A DNA stretch of 64,000 nucleotides. It comes from Convolutriloba macropyga. Taxonomy: Eukaryota. Of the stretch, positions 36,524 to 50,273 are shown piece after piece; position 1 is the stretch's first letter; each line of letters begins with the position of its first letter. The DNA lies in contig NC_134472.1 of the NCBI RefSeq assembly GCF_964194025.1, positions 27,094,001 through 27,158,000 of the forward strand. Direction: 5' to 3'. The notes under the pieces are model-generated. The model was given only the letters and a program-made list of their open reading frames with translations, was not told the origin of the DNA and did not search any database. The position numbers were made by a program, and so were the translations under genes.

Positions 36524-39500
36524 TTAGCAGTTTTCTCTTAACTTCACAGCTTGTATAGGATTTATCTGATAAGCGTTTGTAAATATTGTACAATTGTAAG
36601 TAATGAAGGCATTAGATTAGAAACTGACGTTAATTAAACTATCAAACTTACATTTCTTTTGAATTATTTTTTTCAGTATAAAGGAACAAGGAGGTCGAGT
36701 AATGTGTGAGCGCACCTTATGTTCCGAAATCCGTTTAAAGAGTAATCCAATGAAACATCCAAATAAAACTACGAAAGCACTTCTATAAATGAAATCTACA
36801 GTCTTTGCAAATTATACCCATCAAAATGGACACCAGGACGTTTGAACACATTTAAGTTGACTTGTTTTTCAGAAAAAGATCAAAAAAGGAATACGCTATC
36901 TACTAACAGAATCTTTCTTTCCAGAAATTTTTCTCATTTCATTGATGCAAGATCAATTGTCCTCATTTACTCATTTATTCAGTTCTTCTTTTGGATTGTT
37001 AATTGCTATCAATCGAAGTTAGTAGCAATTGTATTAGTCATGCGGTCTTTATTTATGCAATTTTTTGCTTGACCGATATTGGTTTTGACATTCTTAACTT
37101 CTCGTCCTCAAAAACAGGTTAAGCCCGTAGCCCATTAAGTGGCCGAGAAGCTCTCTTATAGAGCTACGCCTTACTAGTCTCTAAGTATGCGATTCATCGA
37201 ATCTGATTTGAGGAGACAATTTCACGGGGTGAAGGGCGGTTTTTAATCTTTGACAAACCTTCCTACCTTAAGTTTGATATACCCCCTCCCAAGCACACTC
37301 CCCTGTCCACCTTTCTCTCCAGCTATCGATTTGGACACACTACTCCAACCCTACCAACTTTGATCACTATTGATTGAATGCTGCAGTTTTAGATATTGAT
37401 TTTAGATGAAATTTTCCAAAACGGGTCAACGAGTGTCACAAAAGCTATCAACGCTTAAAATTCGGGTATTGATATCTTGAGAAAAATAAAAATCGTATAA
37501 ATTCAAAAAGAAGACTAATAAGACTTATCATAACAGCACAAATGCCGAATTACAATACAGAGAAAGTCTTTGTCTTGACGAGCAGACCAATTCAACAGTA
37601 GGAGCGAAAACGACACAAATTATGATTTAAATTTTTGATACTTTTACCATCAGAGTGTTGAATACACAAATTTTGCACTAAAACGTAGGAGATATAGACC
37701 AAAAACCTAGCATAGAAGAAATTTTCAGAATAATAGACCAGCAAAGGCAGTCGAAAAATAGGCAAAATTTAATAAAGTTTTCAAAACCAATTCGTTTTGG
37801 CAAAAATTACGAAACAGCTACTTTGGAGGCTTTGGTGAAACCTTGTTGGTCATATACGAGAAAAACAGAAGTTAAAACGACAAAAAAAATTAGAAGCGTT
37901 TGCAAAATTCCTAATTTTCTAGTTTGATGCTAATGTCCTCAGAGCCTTTTCTGTGTCATTTAAATTTGGCAATTAAATCAAGCTCTAAGTAATTTCAGAG
38001 ACCGCTGAATCTCGGAAAGCGATAGAAAAATACTGAAATTCAAATTCACTATAATTTGTTTGTTTGTTATTACCCATACAAACACTTCAGAAAACCGAGG
38101 TGTAGAAAAACAGCAGCCAGTTTGCTCAAATACTTAAAAAATTAACGTTTTAACCTTTAATTTGCGTCTGCCTACCAACTGGAGCGTTCTATGCCCAATA
38201 AGATTACTAAAACCAGTTTATATACTCCAATGCAACTTAATGCCCACTGGGTGCTACATGATAACCCCGTTTTCAAAAACGTAAAAAAATTGTGTGAACA
38301 CAGCGTGCAAAAAGGAAAGAGTGCCAATACAATCGAATTTCTTTTGATGGGAAAAAAAATTCAATTATTGGAAACCGGTATTGGTTGTTAAGCTAAAATA
38401 TAGCCATTGGCTAAATATTTAAGCTTTTTAAATCGAAATCTGAAAATGTTCATCGTTTACAATTTTCATAAATGTTTGAGGAAAAGAGTTTGCTCAACAA
38501 TATGTTGATCTTCTGACCTCATGTAATTAAACAGTTTTTTGAAGATGTCTCTGTTTTGCATAACAAACTGTAAACGTTTTTGTTGAATAAAGAATAAAAA
38601 ATCAAAACCTCAAAAAAACATTTTTGATAGTTCAGCTCCTTTCAAATAATTAGAAATCTGCTAATCAAACATTTAAAAATTCACATAACCACCAATTTGA
38701 CCATTTAAAAAAGTTTCTAGGGTTGATTACATTTACCGCTGTCTTAGTTATAAAAAAATGGAGAAACGTAAAAGCTTGGCGTTTTTACTCTTTATTTTTT
38801 CACAAAACATTTTAAAATAAAACTCAAGTAAAATGAATAATAATCAGCGTAAAATCAGTTGGATTTTGCTATGCAGAGATTAAGCTGATTTTCAAAAATA
38901 GGGATTGAAAAATGGATATACACAAGAAAAATGATCGCTGTCATTCTTTCTTCTTAAAACTTTTTGTCGATTGCATCTTGTTTTTCGTTGGGCAGGGAAT
39001 TCAGTTCATCAAGATCATAGGGCTTATTTATTGAAAATCCTGTGTTCTAGTTCATTCTACAAAGTCGCTTCTTAAAAAGTCATTTTAGGGTAGAGTGTGA
39101 TTATTCTGAAAACTTAGATAATTATATTTAGTCTTATTACCTCTGGAAAAGCTGTAAAAAAATACTCAGTGAAAAGAAATATTTTTATTTTTTGTCAAAC
39201 GGTTTTTGTTTGTGCTAATTATTTATTTAAGAAGATTAACTAATGTTGATTTATGTGCCTCTTTTTGGTTTTTAAAAAAGTTCCAAAAATTATCAAAACT
39301 ATATTTTTGACGTAAACAAAGATGTTGCTCCTATTTGCATAAAAGCTCTTGTAAATGGAAACGTTTTTGTTCTTGCTATTGGAATGTCGGATCTAGCTGT
39401 GTGAGCAGAGAACCACGAGTCTCCTTGTGCCTCAAAGATTGTCCCGATTTTCAGAACCTCACTTCCATTCTTCCGCTCGCATGGATTAAAGCAACACAAT

Positions 39501-39876
39501 ATTTTCCTGAAAAATATAGCGCTATGAAACGGCAGTAACGTAATCTGAATATGAGGTTTGCGAAAAACATAGAAAGTTTGAGGTTTGAGTGCTAGTGAAC
39601 AATCAATAGAGCTTTTTTTAACGCTTAGTAGTTGTAGTTTGATTATAGCTGCGAAGCTGTAAGCTGAGCGTAGCTATATTGCGGTGCTCTTGGTTTTTTT
39701 GTTTCGTCGTCTGACGCTTTATTTTCGTTTTACATTTGTTCTAGAACATTCTGTCTCGTCACTGCTTAAATGGCTTTTTCGCGCTTGATTTCACGCTTTC
39801 TGCGTGACCTAAATTGCGGTTATTCAGAAACAATCTGTTCCTAAAACAAAGTTGATTGTAAGAAAACAGATTGTGT

Positions 39877-39957
39877 GGTCCGACAGCCGAGAGGTTAAGG
39901 CGACTGGCTGTTAATCCGGAGATCGCCGGTTCGAGACGCGACAGGGAAACTTTTTTG
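39877..39957 (+). mobile_element. tRNA-derived SINE head or tRNA(Asn)-like pseudogene
   Basis: AGCCGAGAGGTTAAGGCG (A box), CTGTTAA anticodon-like loop, GGTTCGAGAC (B box), then oligo-T; acceptor stem not paired. Confidence 0.5.
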
Positions 39958-42566
39958 CACCCAAAAACAACCTCCTTTGAAATAAACTTGTAAGTTTTAT
40001 AGGCGGCGGCGATAACTATTATCAACTCACTTCTGTATCTTTTTCCATCTGTATTTTACGGCACGCAAGTCTATTTCGCAGCTATTCCGGCACTCTGCCG
40101 GCTATGTTTATATAGTTTTTATTAGTTTTCTCAAAATGCAGTTGCCTCGAAAATCATCTGCATCTTTGCAAGGTTCACAGCTTTATAAAGATTTCAAAAA
40201 ATTTTCTGGTTGTGTGACTGCTATTTTGAAATACCCATCCATTTAAATTAAGATTGACGCCCGGACTATCAGCTGGCAACTCCACTGCCTCCCATTGTTT
40301 TCATTGAAATAGCTGACAATTTTTGATTTATATGCAGTAGCAAAAATGAAAACGAAATTGAAAAAAAAATGTTCAAAAATAAAAACCTAAAATTGTATTT
40401 TACTCCTTAAATTCTAAAAAAAAACAGGTAAACGGAAGCGTTTAGTTTTATTAGTCATCTAAAAAAATGTTTACGTCTATATGATTGCATTGCATTCCGA
40501 AGCATACGACTGTTTGTAGGGACTGTTTCTTGAAAACTTGATGTTCTTTCTGGAAGTTTATAATTCTTTTGTCACTGGAGGTTTGTTCCCTTGGAATCAG
40601 TTTTTCCACAAGAGAATATTACAAGTTTGTTTGAAAAATTTTGGTTGTCTTCAAATTGATTTTTTTTGCAGAATTACTTGACAAAACGTACCATTTGGTA
40701 GGACGTTTCAGTCGGAGTGTATATCTAGGGGCTGCACTGATGCCTTACAGTAAGGCATTTGAGTCTTATACACAAATAAACAATTTTTCAACTCGAGTTT
40801 GGACTCAAACCGATTATCGTTAAAGGTTGCGAAACGAAGTGACATGAAGTCTTTATGGCGACATCAAGTTTTTTGTAATTCCAAATTTTTCCTTTTTAGA
40901 AATAGGCGATTCCAATTGTTTTGTGAGAACGTAATAGATTGCGGATACGGTAAAAATTACAGGTTTTAGAGCCCCCATTTTATTCCACTTTCTTGCGATT
41001 TCTGGCTCACGGGGAATTTTTTTCACCTGAATAGAAACATACTTTCGAAATGCAATTCTTGGGGGCGACACGGTAATGGTGACAGTATTCGACGGGGAGA
41101 AAGCTACAAATATTTGCATGTTGTGCCGCTCAGCGATTCGTTAGATCCATTTTTTTAATGACATGAGCGACAGTTTTCATTTTTTAATTAAAATTCTTCC
41201 AATTTTCCGGCAGTTTATCAATTTCTCAAGAAATTAGCCCATGGTATTTTTTCAAATGACAAAACTCAACCGTCCGAGACAAACAAATTTCTTTGGTAAA
41301 TTTAATTTCTTTAAAAAATTTCTTACAGCAACGAAAACTGTGGGTCACGGTATTGTTTCGGTTCTGTGGGTCAGCAACGAAAACTGTGGGTCACGGATCA
41401 TTAGACCTTTTCTCAAATTAATCAAGTTAACCTGTTAGATGCAATTCATTAACTAATTTGCAAGCTCTTATCGATTTTTTTTGGTTGCATAAGCAACCTT
41501 AAAAAGAATATTTTGTTTTTAAAACTGCAAAATTCTATACATTTTTTTTAAAGTTTTCATTGCCCAGCCTCATATTTCAAAAAATTTAACCCGCACTGAA
41601 ATACAAAAAATCTGAACGAAAAATTATAATTCCATTTCATTTGGAGTCACTAGTTACTTGACATAAATATAAATTACAGATTATAGGAAAAGAAATAAAA
41701 CAACAGACACTGAACACATATTAAGAACAAGCACAATTGTTTGCGCAATAAAAAAGAAACGAGCAATAAACGAGCAAGAACGAGCATTAAAAAATGTTTT
41801 AAAAAGAAATTTTGAACAAATCTTTTGAAAGCAAGTTCATCGCCAGTTTTTTGTCTTGTTAGGGGTCAGTAATTTTTGACGGAGGAGTCCATCTCAATGT
41901 TAAGAAATTGGAAAAACAACTACTGATGGTAATGTCAGCTTGTGTGCCTTCTCGATTTAGTTTGGCTTTTTTGGGTTGTTAGGGGGGCGGGGCGGGGAGG
42001 GGGAACGATGTAGTAAAAAACCGTCCTCCATCATAGATACCCAATTACAAATAACGATGGAACCGTTAACGGCATCACAAAATCCGTATCAATGTCCTGT
42101 AATATATCATTCATCTTAAGGAGAAAAATAGTTGAAACTGATTGGTCCCTATGCTGTCCGGTCAGCTGTTGAAGTAATATCTTAAATTTGTGAACCACCG
42201 ATAAAAGCACGACAACAAATAATCTGGACCCAGTGCCGAGCATGCAAAAAAGCGTTTCTATGAAAAAAGAGGTTCAAGGGCAAAAAATATGAAGGGAACC
42301 ACCCAACATTGATCTGAGAAATTAGTTGGTATTTGATGTTTTTGAGATGTAAAGATGTATAGATTTTTCAAAAAAAAATTGAATGGATATTGTGCAAAAA
42401 GTGTTTTAGCGCAATAAACATGGATCAAAAAAACTCATTATTGGCAATATCAGCAGCATTCTATGCTTTAAAAAACGTAACTGCTGCAAAAAACTGTGCA
42501 CACAATAATTGTGCTGAAAGTGGGATAAGGCAGGAAGTTGGGAAGTTTCAGCCTCGTTTACCTTAT

Positions 42567-43049
42567 TGTAAGAACCTAAAAAAATTTGGGTAGTATTCCT
42601 TGGAAAAATTCCTTTATATGGTATATATAATTGTCTTTCTTTATACGGTTTTTATTTGTTGTAAACTTTTACTAATCAACAAACCTCAATGTTTGAAGTA
42701 AACTACATTTCCTGTGCTAACTACTAGAGTGTATTTACTATACAAATTTATATCCGGAGTTTATGTTTATTGTAGTATTGTAAAGCTATTAAATATATGC
42801 CTTGTTTATTTGATAGTAAAATCATCAGCTAGAATATATAAATCACTCAGAGCGATTGAGGACAAACTCAAATTAAGCTGTAATAAGTAAATCTTCTTCC
42901 CTTAGTTAAGCGAAACTAAAGATCTTCTTTTCTTTGTACTTTGTAACTGTCGGCCCTAGCATTTCGAATTCCTTGACCGCTACCGTCCTGAGGCCTCTTG
43001 TCCTGATTGTCGGATAAAATTCCTTTTTACCATGGAACAGGCTATTAGA
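42567..43049 (+). repeat. 5' LTR
   Basis: TGTAA...GGCTATTAGA; collinear with 55947-56471. Confidence 0.9.
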
Positions 43050-43061
43050 TGGTGACAGGAG
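43050..43061 (+). promoter_or_regulatory. Primer-binding site TGGTGACAGGAG (tRNA-Leu-like, tentative)
   Basis: Immediately follows the LTR and starts TGG; identical 12-mer follows the LTR at 63922. Confidence 0.8.
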
Positions 43062-43699
43062 CAGCGAGAGTTATAATACGAACAAAATGTTTTGAAAAAC
43101 GTTGATCGCTATTATGTTCCAAAAATTTTTTGAGAAATTATATTTCGTAAACGGAATTCAAGATATAGAATTCTCAAAAAATCTTATTGGTTTTGGCGAT
43201 CCACATAAATCAGAGACGTCCGCAGAAGTTCATTATGTTTTTGTATATCAACAACAACTTGTTATTACTTTTCTAGGCCTTACCAATACTAAAAATGAGG
43301 TAATTGCAACTAGTTCCTTTGATAGCCAGAACAATTTTGAGTCAGCATTTGTTAAAGAGAGAAGCTCATTTTGTCATGACAAAAACAGTATTTGATTCTC
43401 CTATTTAATAGTCATTCTTTTTTATAAACTTATTCTTACAGTTAATCTTATTAATTTTACAGCTCCTGAGGCAGAAAATGAGCAAGTGACTTAGTGATGA
43501 GAGTGGAGATCAGTGGAAAAGTGACAAGAGTAGATTAAAGAAGTGATACTTTGAAATCGGAGCCTAGAAACAGAACTGAGGTGAACTTAAACTGATTAAA
43601 AACAGCAAGTTAAACCACTGGTGATATTTTACTATTTTTTAGCTAGTGCTATTCTTGTGCTGTATAGTAATAGTTAGGGGCGCCCTGTAATCGTTAGCA

Positions 43700-44881
43700 A
43701 TGGCGCACGCGCAAATCACAGTAAGGCCATACTCTGGAACAGAAGAGGAGGACTTCAACGAATTTGAAAACCTTTTTCGAGGATTTGTAGCAGTTTCAGG
43801 AATAAACAACACACAACAGCCGAACATTCTACAACTGCACCTTCGTGATGCAGCTCTTAAATTCTTTCAAAACCTAGGACCCGCCACGCGAGCCAATTTA
43901 GATGGCTGTTTCACTGCACTAGGAGATCAATTCGCTAATTGAGATTTGCAAGAATTAAGTGTTTTGAAGCTCGAAAGTCAACGTTTTGACTCGAAAACAG
44001 ATACGCCTGAAAACTTGCTTGTAAACCTACAATCGAAAGCCTTAAGAGCATACCCTGAGCCAATTTTACCAGAGGTAGCTCCACTAAAATTCAACAGGAC
44101 TTGATCCCGCACCTGCTGCTGCAGAACAGACAAGATTTGACAGAGAAACTGCAACAAGAGATGCACAACAGCAGGCTGCTGAAATGTTCAGGAACGCGCA
44201 AATTAAATGAATTTTCATCAAAGCAATGCCCGGATGGCTACAATCAGAAATCATGGGACGACCAGCAAACACCAGTCCATGATTTACGCACTTTCGCACG
44301 ACAAAAAATGGCTGTACGAAATGTGTCGCAAACAAGACTACCCAGAGGATGGCTTCAACGAAGTAAATCAAACAGTTAGTAAAAAATTGGTAAACGCTCT
44401 CAGCAAGATAACACAAACACAACAGTCATTTGAGAAAAGGCTTCAAGACTTGACTAGCAAACCGGATAGCCACCAGACTAACCCTTCAAATAGTCAGTTA
44501 ACACACTCCATTCAAACCCAACATAGTGAATCATCTTTCGAACTACAAAAATTCACACAAAACAGACCACTGTACCCGGGCTACCGAAGATTCAATCGAT
44601 CGCCATGGCAAATTCGAGGACGATTTAGTAACTCGTCTACAAATTTCCGCCCGAGATTTCAGCAAAACATTAATCGCCCGAACGGACAAAACTACATTCA
44701 AAACTTAATGACAAGTTACAATTCCTGTACACCTAAGGAGCCGTATATCCCAGCAACTCAAACTAGCAGTATATTTTGCTATAATTGTGGATACCCAAAC
44801 CACAGAGCAAGCCAGTGCGCCCGACGCGGTCCACATCCTCAGAGAGGAACTGCCTTTCCCTTTAATCAACCAAAACAATGA
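43700..44881 (+). pseudogene. gag: gag, with stops and frameshifts
   Basis: MAHAQITVRPYSG..EDFNEFE..LHLRDAALKFF; CCHC knuckle CYNCGYPNHRASQC. Confidence 0.85.
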
Positions 44882-44996
44882 GTAAGCCACTAATTCGCTA
44901 AAAACCAGAAAAAATCATTATATAACATCAGATAATCAACTAAACGTACTTGAACTTAATAATATAAACCCAAAGTCAGCCCAGATATTATCTTAT

Positions 44997-47900
44997 GTGA
45001 AATCAAAATTTTTACCAATTATTCCTATAGATACAGGAGCGTCGTGTGCAAAGTTCATTTCTGAAAGCCAATGCGCTGAGCTTGGAAAATACGCTAACGT
45101 AAATATTCAACAATCTCAAACAATACCGAAATGGTCTAAAGTTAAAATAGCCGGAGGTCAACTAATGCAAGTAAAACATGAAGTTGAAATAGAATTGAAA
45201 CTGGCACATAAACCATTCAAAGAAAAGTTCCTAGTACTAAAAACAGCAATTTCAATAACTCTAGAAAACCCTTTCTTTGTAAACATGACATTAGTATTTT
45301 ACCGGCAAAAAAACATAATGCAAAATGATGATTTATCAATAACAACTAACGAAATAAATCCCCAAAATGAGCCAGGAAGTCTTGTAAGGTTAAAAAAAAT
45401 TCCAATCTATACTACAAAAAAAAAACAAACAATAGCAGCAAGTGAACAAATTATGATCCAATGTGTACCTTTGCTAATGATTCAAATGATTTGGAATCAG
45501 TCAGTGGAGTGGTTACGCCCAACGAAAGGTTAGAACAAGAACTGGATATTGCCTTTACGTCTTGACTAATAACAGTCGGGAAAAGAAATGTAATGATCTC
45601 AGCACTCAGTATTACCAATCATGATATCATTTTACAACAAAGGAGCGACAGAAGTCGGAAAATTTTCATTGCTAACGCCAGAACAAGCAGATAAGCTAAC
45701 ACAAACTGATCCGCAATTTAATGCATTAGCGCGACTCAGAAACCCAGATGCAACAATTGCAGAAATAAACCAGTTAATTGAAGATGAGATAAGACGAGGA
45801 AAATCACAATCAACTGGAATTCCAACAGAATACCACAAACTATGGAACTCCCGAAACTTGTGAAGATCCTGAAACACTTCCAACATTGCAGAGACGAATT
45901 TACGACGAAATTTCAACTAATGGTTAGAATTGACCCTATCACTAACCCCACCGATAAAGAAACATTTCTGTCTAAATTTCCATGGCATGGCTCAGTCCTA
46001 CAAGCTGAACAACGAGAATTAGCAGAAAAGCTGTTATTGGAATTTCATGACATTTTTGCAAAGCATAGATTCGATGTTGGTTACAACACAAACTAAAAAT
46101 CAAGTTAAACCCCGAGCATGATTTGCCCCTATATGCAGAAGTCCCCCGACTCCTATCCTCTTAACGGATGAACTACACGTGGAACTTGCCCTAATGGATT
46201 TCTAAGGAATAAATACCACATTATCCCAGTCACGTTACAGTAGTCCTTTATTCGCCCATCGCAAGTAATCTGGTAAACTCAAAATGTCATTAGACCTTAG
46301 GCGAATTAATCATCTTTCAAAAAAGAACGACTACAAAAACTCTAATTTCCCCATCTCAAATATGCCAGATGCTACGAACCATTTTGCGGGGAAAACCTTG
46401 TTCACTAAACTTGACTGCTCGCAAGCGTATCACTGCGTTCAAATGGCCGATAACAACCCAGAACAGTTGCTTGCTTTCAAATTTGTGTCACACACATACG
46501 CCTATAAATGTCTAGCTGAAGTACTCAGCAAGTGACAGGGTTTAGCTCTTTCATTCGGCACTACCTTGACTCATAACTAGCAGCACACCCCTGTACTCAG
46601 TTAATGGACGATATAGGCTGTGCAGTCAAAACATTCGATGAACTGATACCGACACTGCGACAGATATTCGTCTGCATTCGGAAATCAGGCTTAAAAACTT
46701 CACCAGGTAAATGCTCAATCACTACACAACGCATGCAGTTTCCTGGAAGAGTCATAACACCAAAAGGGATTTCACCAGAGAAAGAGAAAAAACAGAAATT
46801 TCTCAAACATTTTAGAATGCATCGAACATTAAAACAAATCAGACGAATATTTGCATTTGCTCAATTTTTCCGAAATTTTATTCCAAATCTTGGCTTGACT
46901 TTGCTTCCGTTCTATAAGCTATTAAAGAAGGATACCAAAACTGAACCGTCAAAAGAACATTATGATAGCCTGGAAAAACTGAAAGCAAACTTCTTAGCAG
47001 CAACTGAAACGACACTAGGACTTCCAAAACCTGGTCTGAAGTATGTCCTACTACGTGATGCAATTACTTACGGCGCAGTTTTCGTTTTAGTGGTCGAAAA
47101 TTACCCCGTTAAAGGCTATGAAAGTCAAAAATTTACGATCCAGTTTCCTTTGGATCATACTTATTCAACAAAAGTCAACTCAAATTTTCCACCTATTACA
47201 AAAAAATTTCTGGGACTTTACTATGCACTAGAGAACTTCGCTCATTTTCTATGGTGTTCGCATCACTCAGTGCTAATTTTAACCAACAACAAAAAATTAG
47301 TGCAGTTTTTCCAATCGAAAGTAATCCCACCAACATTGTGGAACTATTTGGACCGATTATTATCTTTCAACCTTGTGACTGCACATACACCAGGGAAAGC
47401 AAATTATGCTGCTGAATTCCTCTCTCGAATTCAGACTGACAAAAACGCGTGCCTTAGACTTAAAATGAAAGATAAAATACCAGTAACAGAGATAGAAATC
47501 GACACAAAAGCATTGACACGAGATGTGGAAACAAACAAAATTTTAAAGGAAATAACAACTGTTGCTGAATTGACCCCAGAGATTATCAAACAACTACAAA
47601 AGATAGGCATGTACGACGAGTATATGCAAAAAACCCAATTAGACAATCAAATAAGTGAACTTTTTATTCCAACGGTTGCAACGATAAATGCAATGTGTTT
47701 CCCAAATCCGGAAGATATACTTGAAAATATTGTCAATAAACAACACACCCAGTTAGTCTCAAAAAAGGAGCAGAACAAAGATGACAACATCCGACAAGTC
47801 ATACAGTGGAAAAAAGTCTTACACCAGCAAACATGAGATATGGTTCAAAATGCCTGAAAAATTATTTTAAACAATTGAACCGCTTAGTTATTGAAGATGA

Positions 47901-49500
47901 AATTTTATATCGACTTTTCCTCAACGACGTCGCTAAAAAAGAATTTGAACAATGTTGCTTGCCAAAACACCTCTGGAAGGAAACACTCTATCGAATACAA
48001 AATTCTCAAATAGCATTGAAATTACAAGAGTTCCGAAGACGCTTTTTTCCCTGGATTTACAAAACATCTTATTGATTTCATCAAAAAATGTTTTCCCTGT
48101 CTGCAGCTAAAACAACTTCGAGCTAGTTCGATAAAACCACCGTTATAGCAAATATCTTCACGACAGTCATTTCCTGGAGATATGTTACAAATTGACCTTG
48201 TAGGGACATTTAACTCGCCTATATAAAAGTATGTCCTTAGCGATATTGATGTGTTCACAAAATATCTTTTCGCAGTACCCCTGACTAACGGCATCGCAGA
48301 CACCATTGCAAGAGAACTACAGAGCATTTTCTTCGATCATAGTTTTCTGCCAACAACAATAGTCTCGGATCTTGGATCAACCTTTGTTTCGGACTTGATG
48401 ATTGAATTTGCCACAATATTAGAAGTGAAGCTTAAGCATGCAACCTTGAAGCATCCACATACAACAGGGGCGGTCAAAAGATTACACGGACCCTTGAAGC
48501 GTATACTACGGTTGAAGACAGACGAACGATGGACAAATTGGCATATATGCCACCAGCCACTTTTATCCACCATACATCTTATCATACTTCCATCGCATGC
48601 TGCCCTTCAACCTTGTTCCATGGCCGCGAACCAATTAAACCAACTGTCCCGCGATTTGCACGAGCTAACAGGGACGTAATTGGCATTAGCTCAATCTATG
48701 TAGCAGAACTACAAGATGCAATGCAAATAAAATTCGGAGAAAATAAACTCAGCCGTTTGGATTCATACCATCGCTACCGAAGTTTTTATGATGAAAAAGC
48801 ATTAGCGCACCCATTAGAAGAACAATTCTATTGCCTGCTATTGACGTCAAAGCTAACAAAACAAAGCGAATCAATTGGGAAGGCTAAGAAAAAATGGATA
48901 CCACTTTACAGCTTAGAAAAGGTACTGACAATTTCTAATTACATTGTCCACAAAATTGGAGTAAACTTCACACAATGTGTCCACAGGATTAGGCTACGAC
49001 CAGTGAAAAAAAATCAAAAGCTGTTGAAGGTCTCGAGATTATCGATTCATCAAACTTTGTCCCCGACCCATCAAGAAAATACGGCAAAAGCGAGCCCGAG
49101 TTATTTGATGACTATGTGCCAAATCTGTTGGAAAGCGAGTTAAAAAAAAAAACCCAAGTTACACCAATACCACCAGCCGAAGTTAGCCTATCACTTGCTT
49201 TTGCACCTCCAACACGTCACCGGTACTATCACCACCTGCACTAGTAGCATTACCACAACCCCCCCCCCCCCCCATAGCAAGAGTTTTATCAGTTCCTTCA
49301 CCGGTAACACCTAGAGTTATTCAGCCACTAAATTGGAGAGAGATGGCACCAACAATGGAAAAAAAGTCCCAACGAAGAGCCACAGGATACGTCACACAAC
49401 TTTGAAGATCAGAACGAGACTCCAATACCGGGAGTATACGACAATAGGCCACAAGAAACGGACAAACGGACTTATCAGTTGGACCAATAACAAGATCAAA
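44997..49500 (+). pseudogene. pol: pol (protease, RT, RNase H, integrase), fragmented
   Basis: IDTGA; LDLRRIN, KLDCSQAYH, LMDDIG; RH LRDA...HTPGKANYAAEFLSR; IN IDLVG, DVFTKY, IVSDLGS. Confidence 0.92.
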
Positions 49501-49859
49501 AACAAGGAAAAACGTGTCTTTCAGTAAAACAAAACAAATATGACGTTATACCCATTGCGACGATCTCGCAGTACAGTTTACAGCGTCACTTAGTAAATTT
49601 ATAGCACCCTCTTTAACAAAAAGCTTGCTCAGTACACTTTCAACACCAGAAAAATGAGAGTGTAAAAAATCTTATACAGGAAACCAGGAAAGACAAGGCC
49701 CCTCAGTGGAAACAAAGAAAGAGCGTGTTCAAGCAAGTATCAAAAAGTATCAGGCAGGAAACACTACTATCACATCACAACAACCAAGTACAACTAAAAG
49801 CACAAAAAGAAATACAATCACAAAAATCAATTTAATCAGGCCAGAACCACAAGCACAAT

Positions 49860-50273
49860 TCCTCAAGTTTTCGGGCAACCCGAACCATGCACTTTACTCA
49901 TATGCATATTGCTCATCTAACGACCTCATTAAGAACAAGAGGAACGCTCGTGAAAATGTCTATTGCTACCGTAAAGGCATTAAATGGCCTCAATTACAGC
50001 GCACTCTACCTATTGGGTCAATTCTTCCTCATTTTGACTACTATAATAACAAGTTTATCTTCATACTAATCACTATAAACTGCATCAACGAACACCCCAG
50101 TTATTACGCATTTTCCATGACGCTGCATAATTTGAAAAATTTGCCCTGGGAAAATCAAATTTCAAACAATCATCCCAAGACTAGAGAGTAACAAAATTGA
50201 GTTAAACCCTTGCTCTGTTTTACGACTGATTATAAGCGTTTTTTCGGACCTACCCATAAACGTATACTACTAG
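49860..50273 (+). pseudogene. TARG1/OARD1-like macrodomain downstream of integrase (frameshift at about 50165)
   Basis: YSYAYCSSNDL...PIGSIL...FIFILIT....HPSY..F...L..L then (frameshifted) TIIPRL....L....V..LIISVFSDLPINVY; collinear with the TARG1 motifs. Confidence 0.65.

Noticed and set aside
33134-39957. Functional tRNA genes at about 33134 and 39877 (also a B-box-like match at about 60240, minus strand)
   Set aside because: A/B boxes are present but acceptor stems do not pair; treated as SINE heads or pseudogenes
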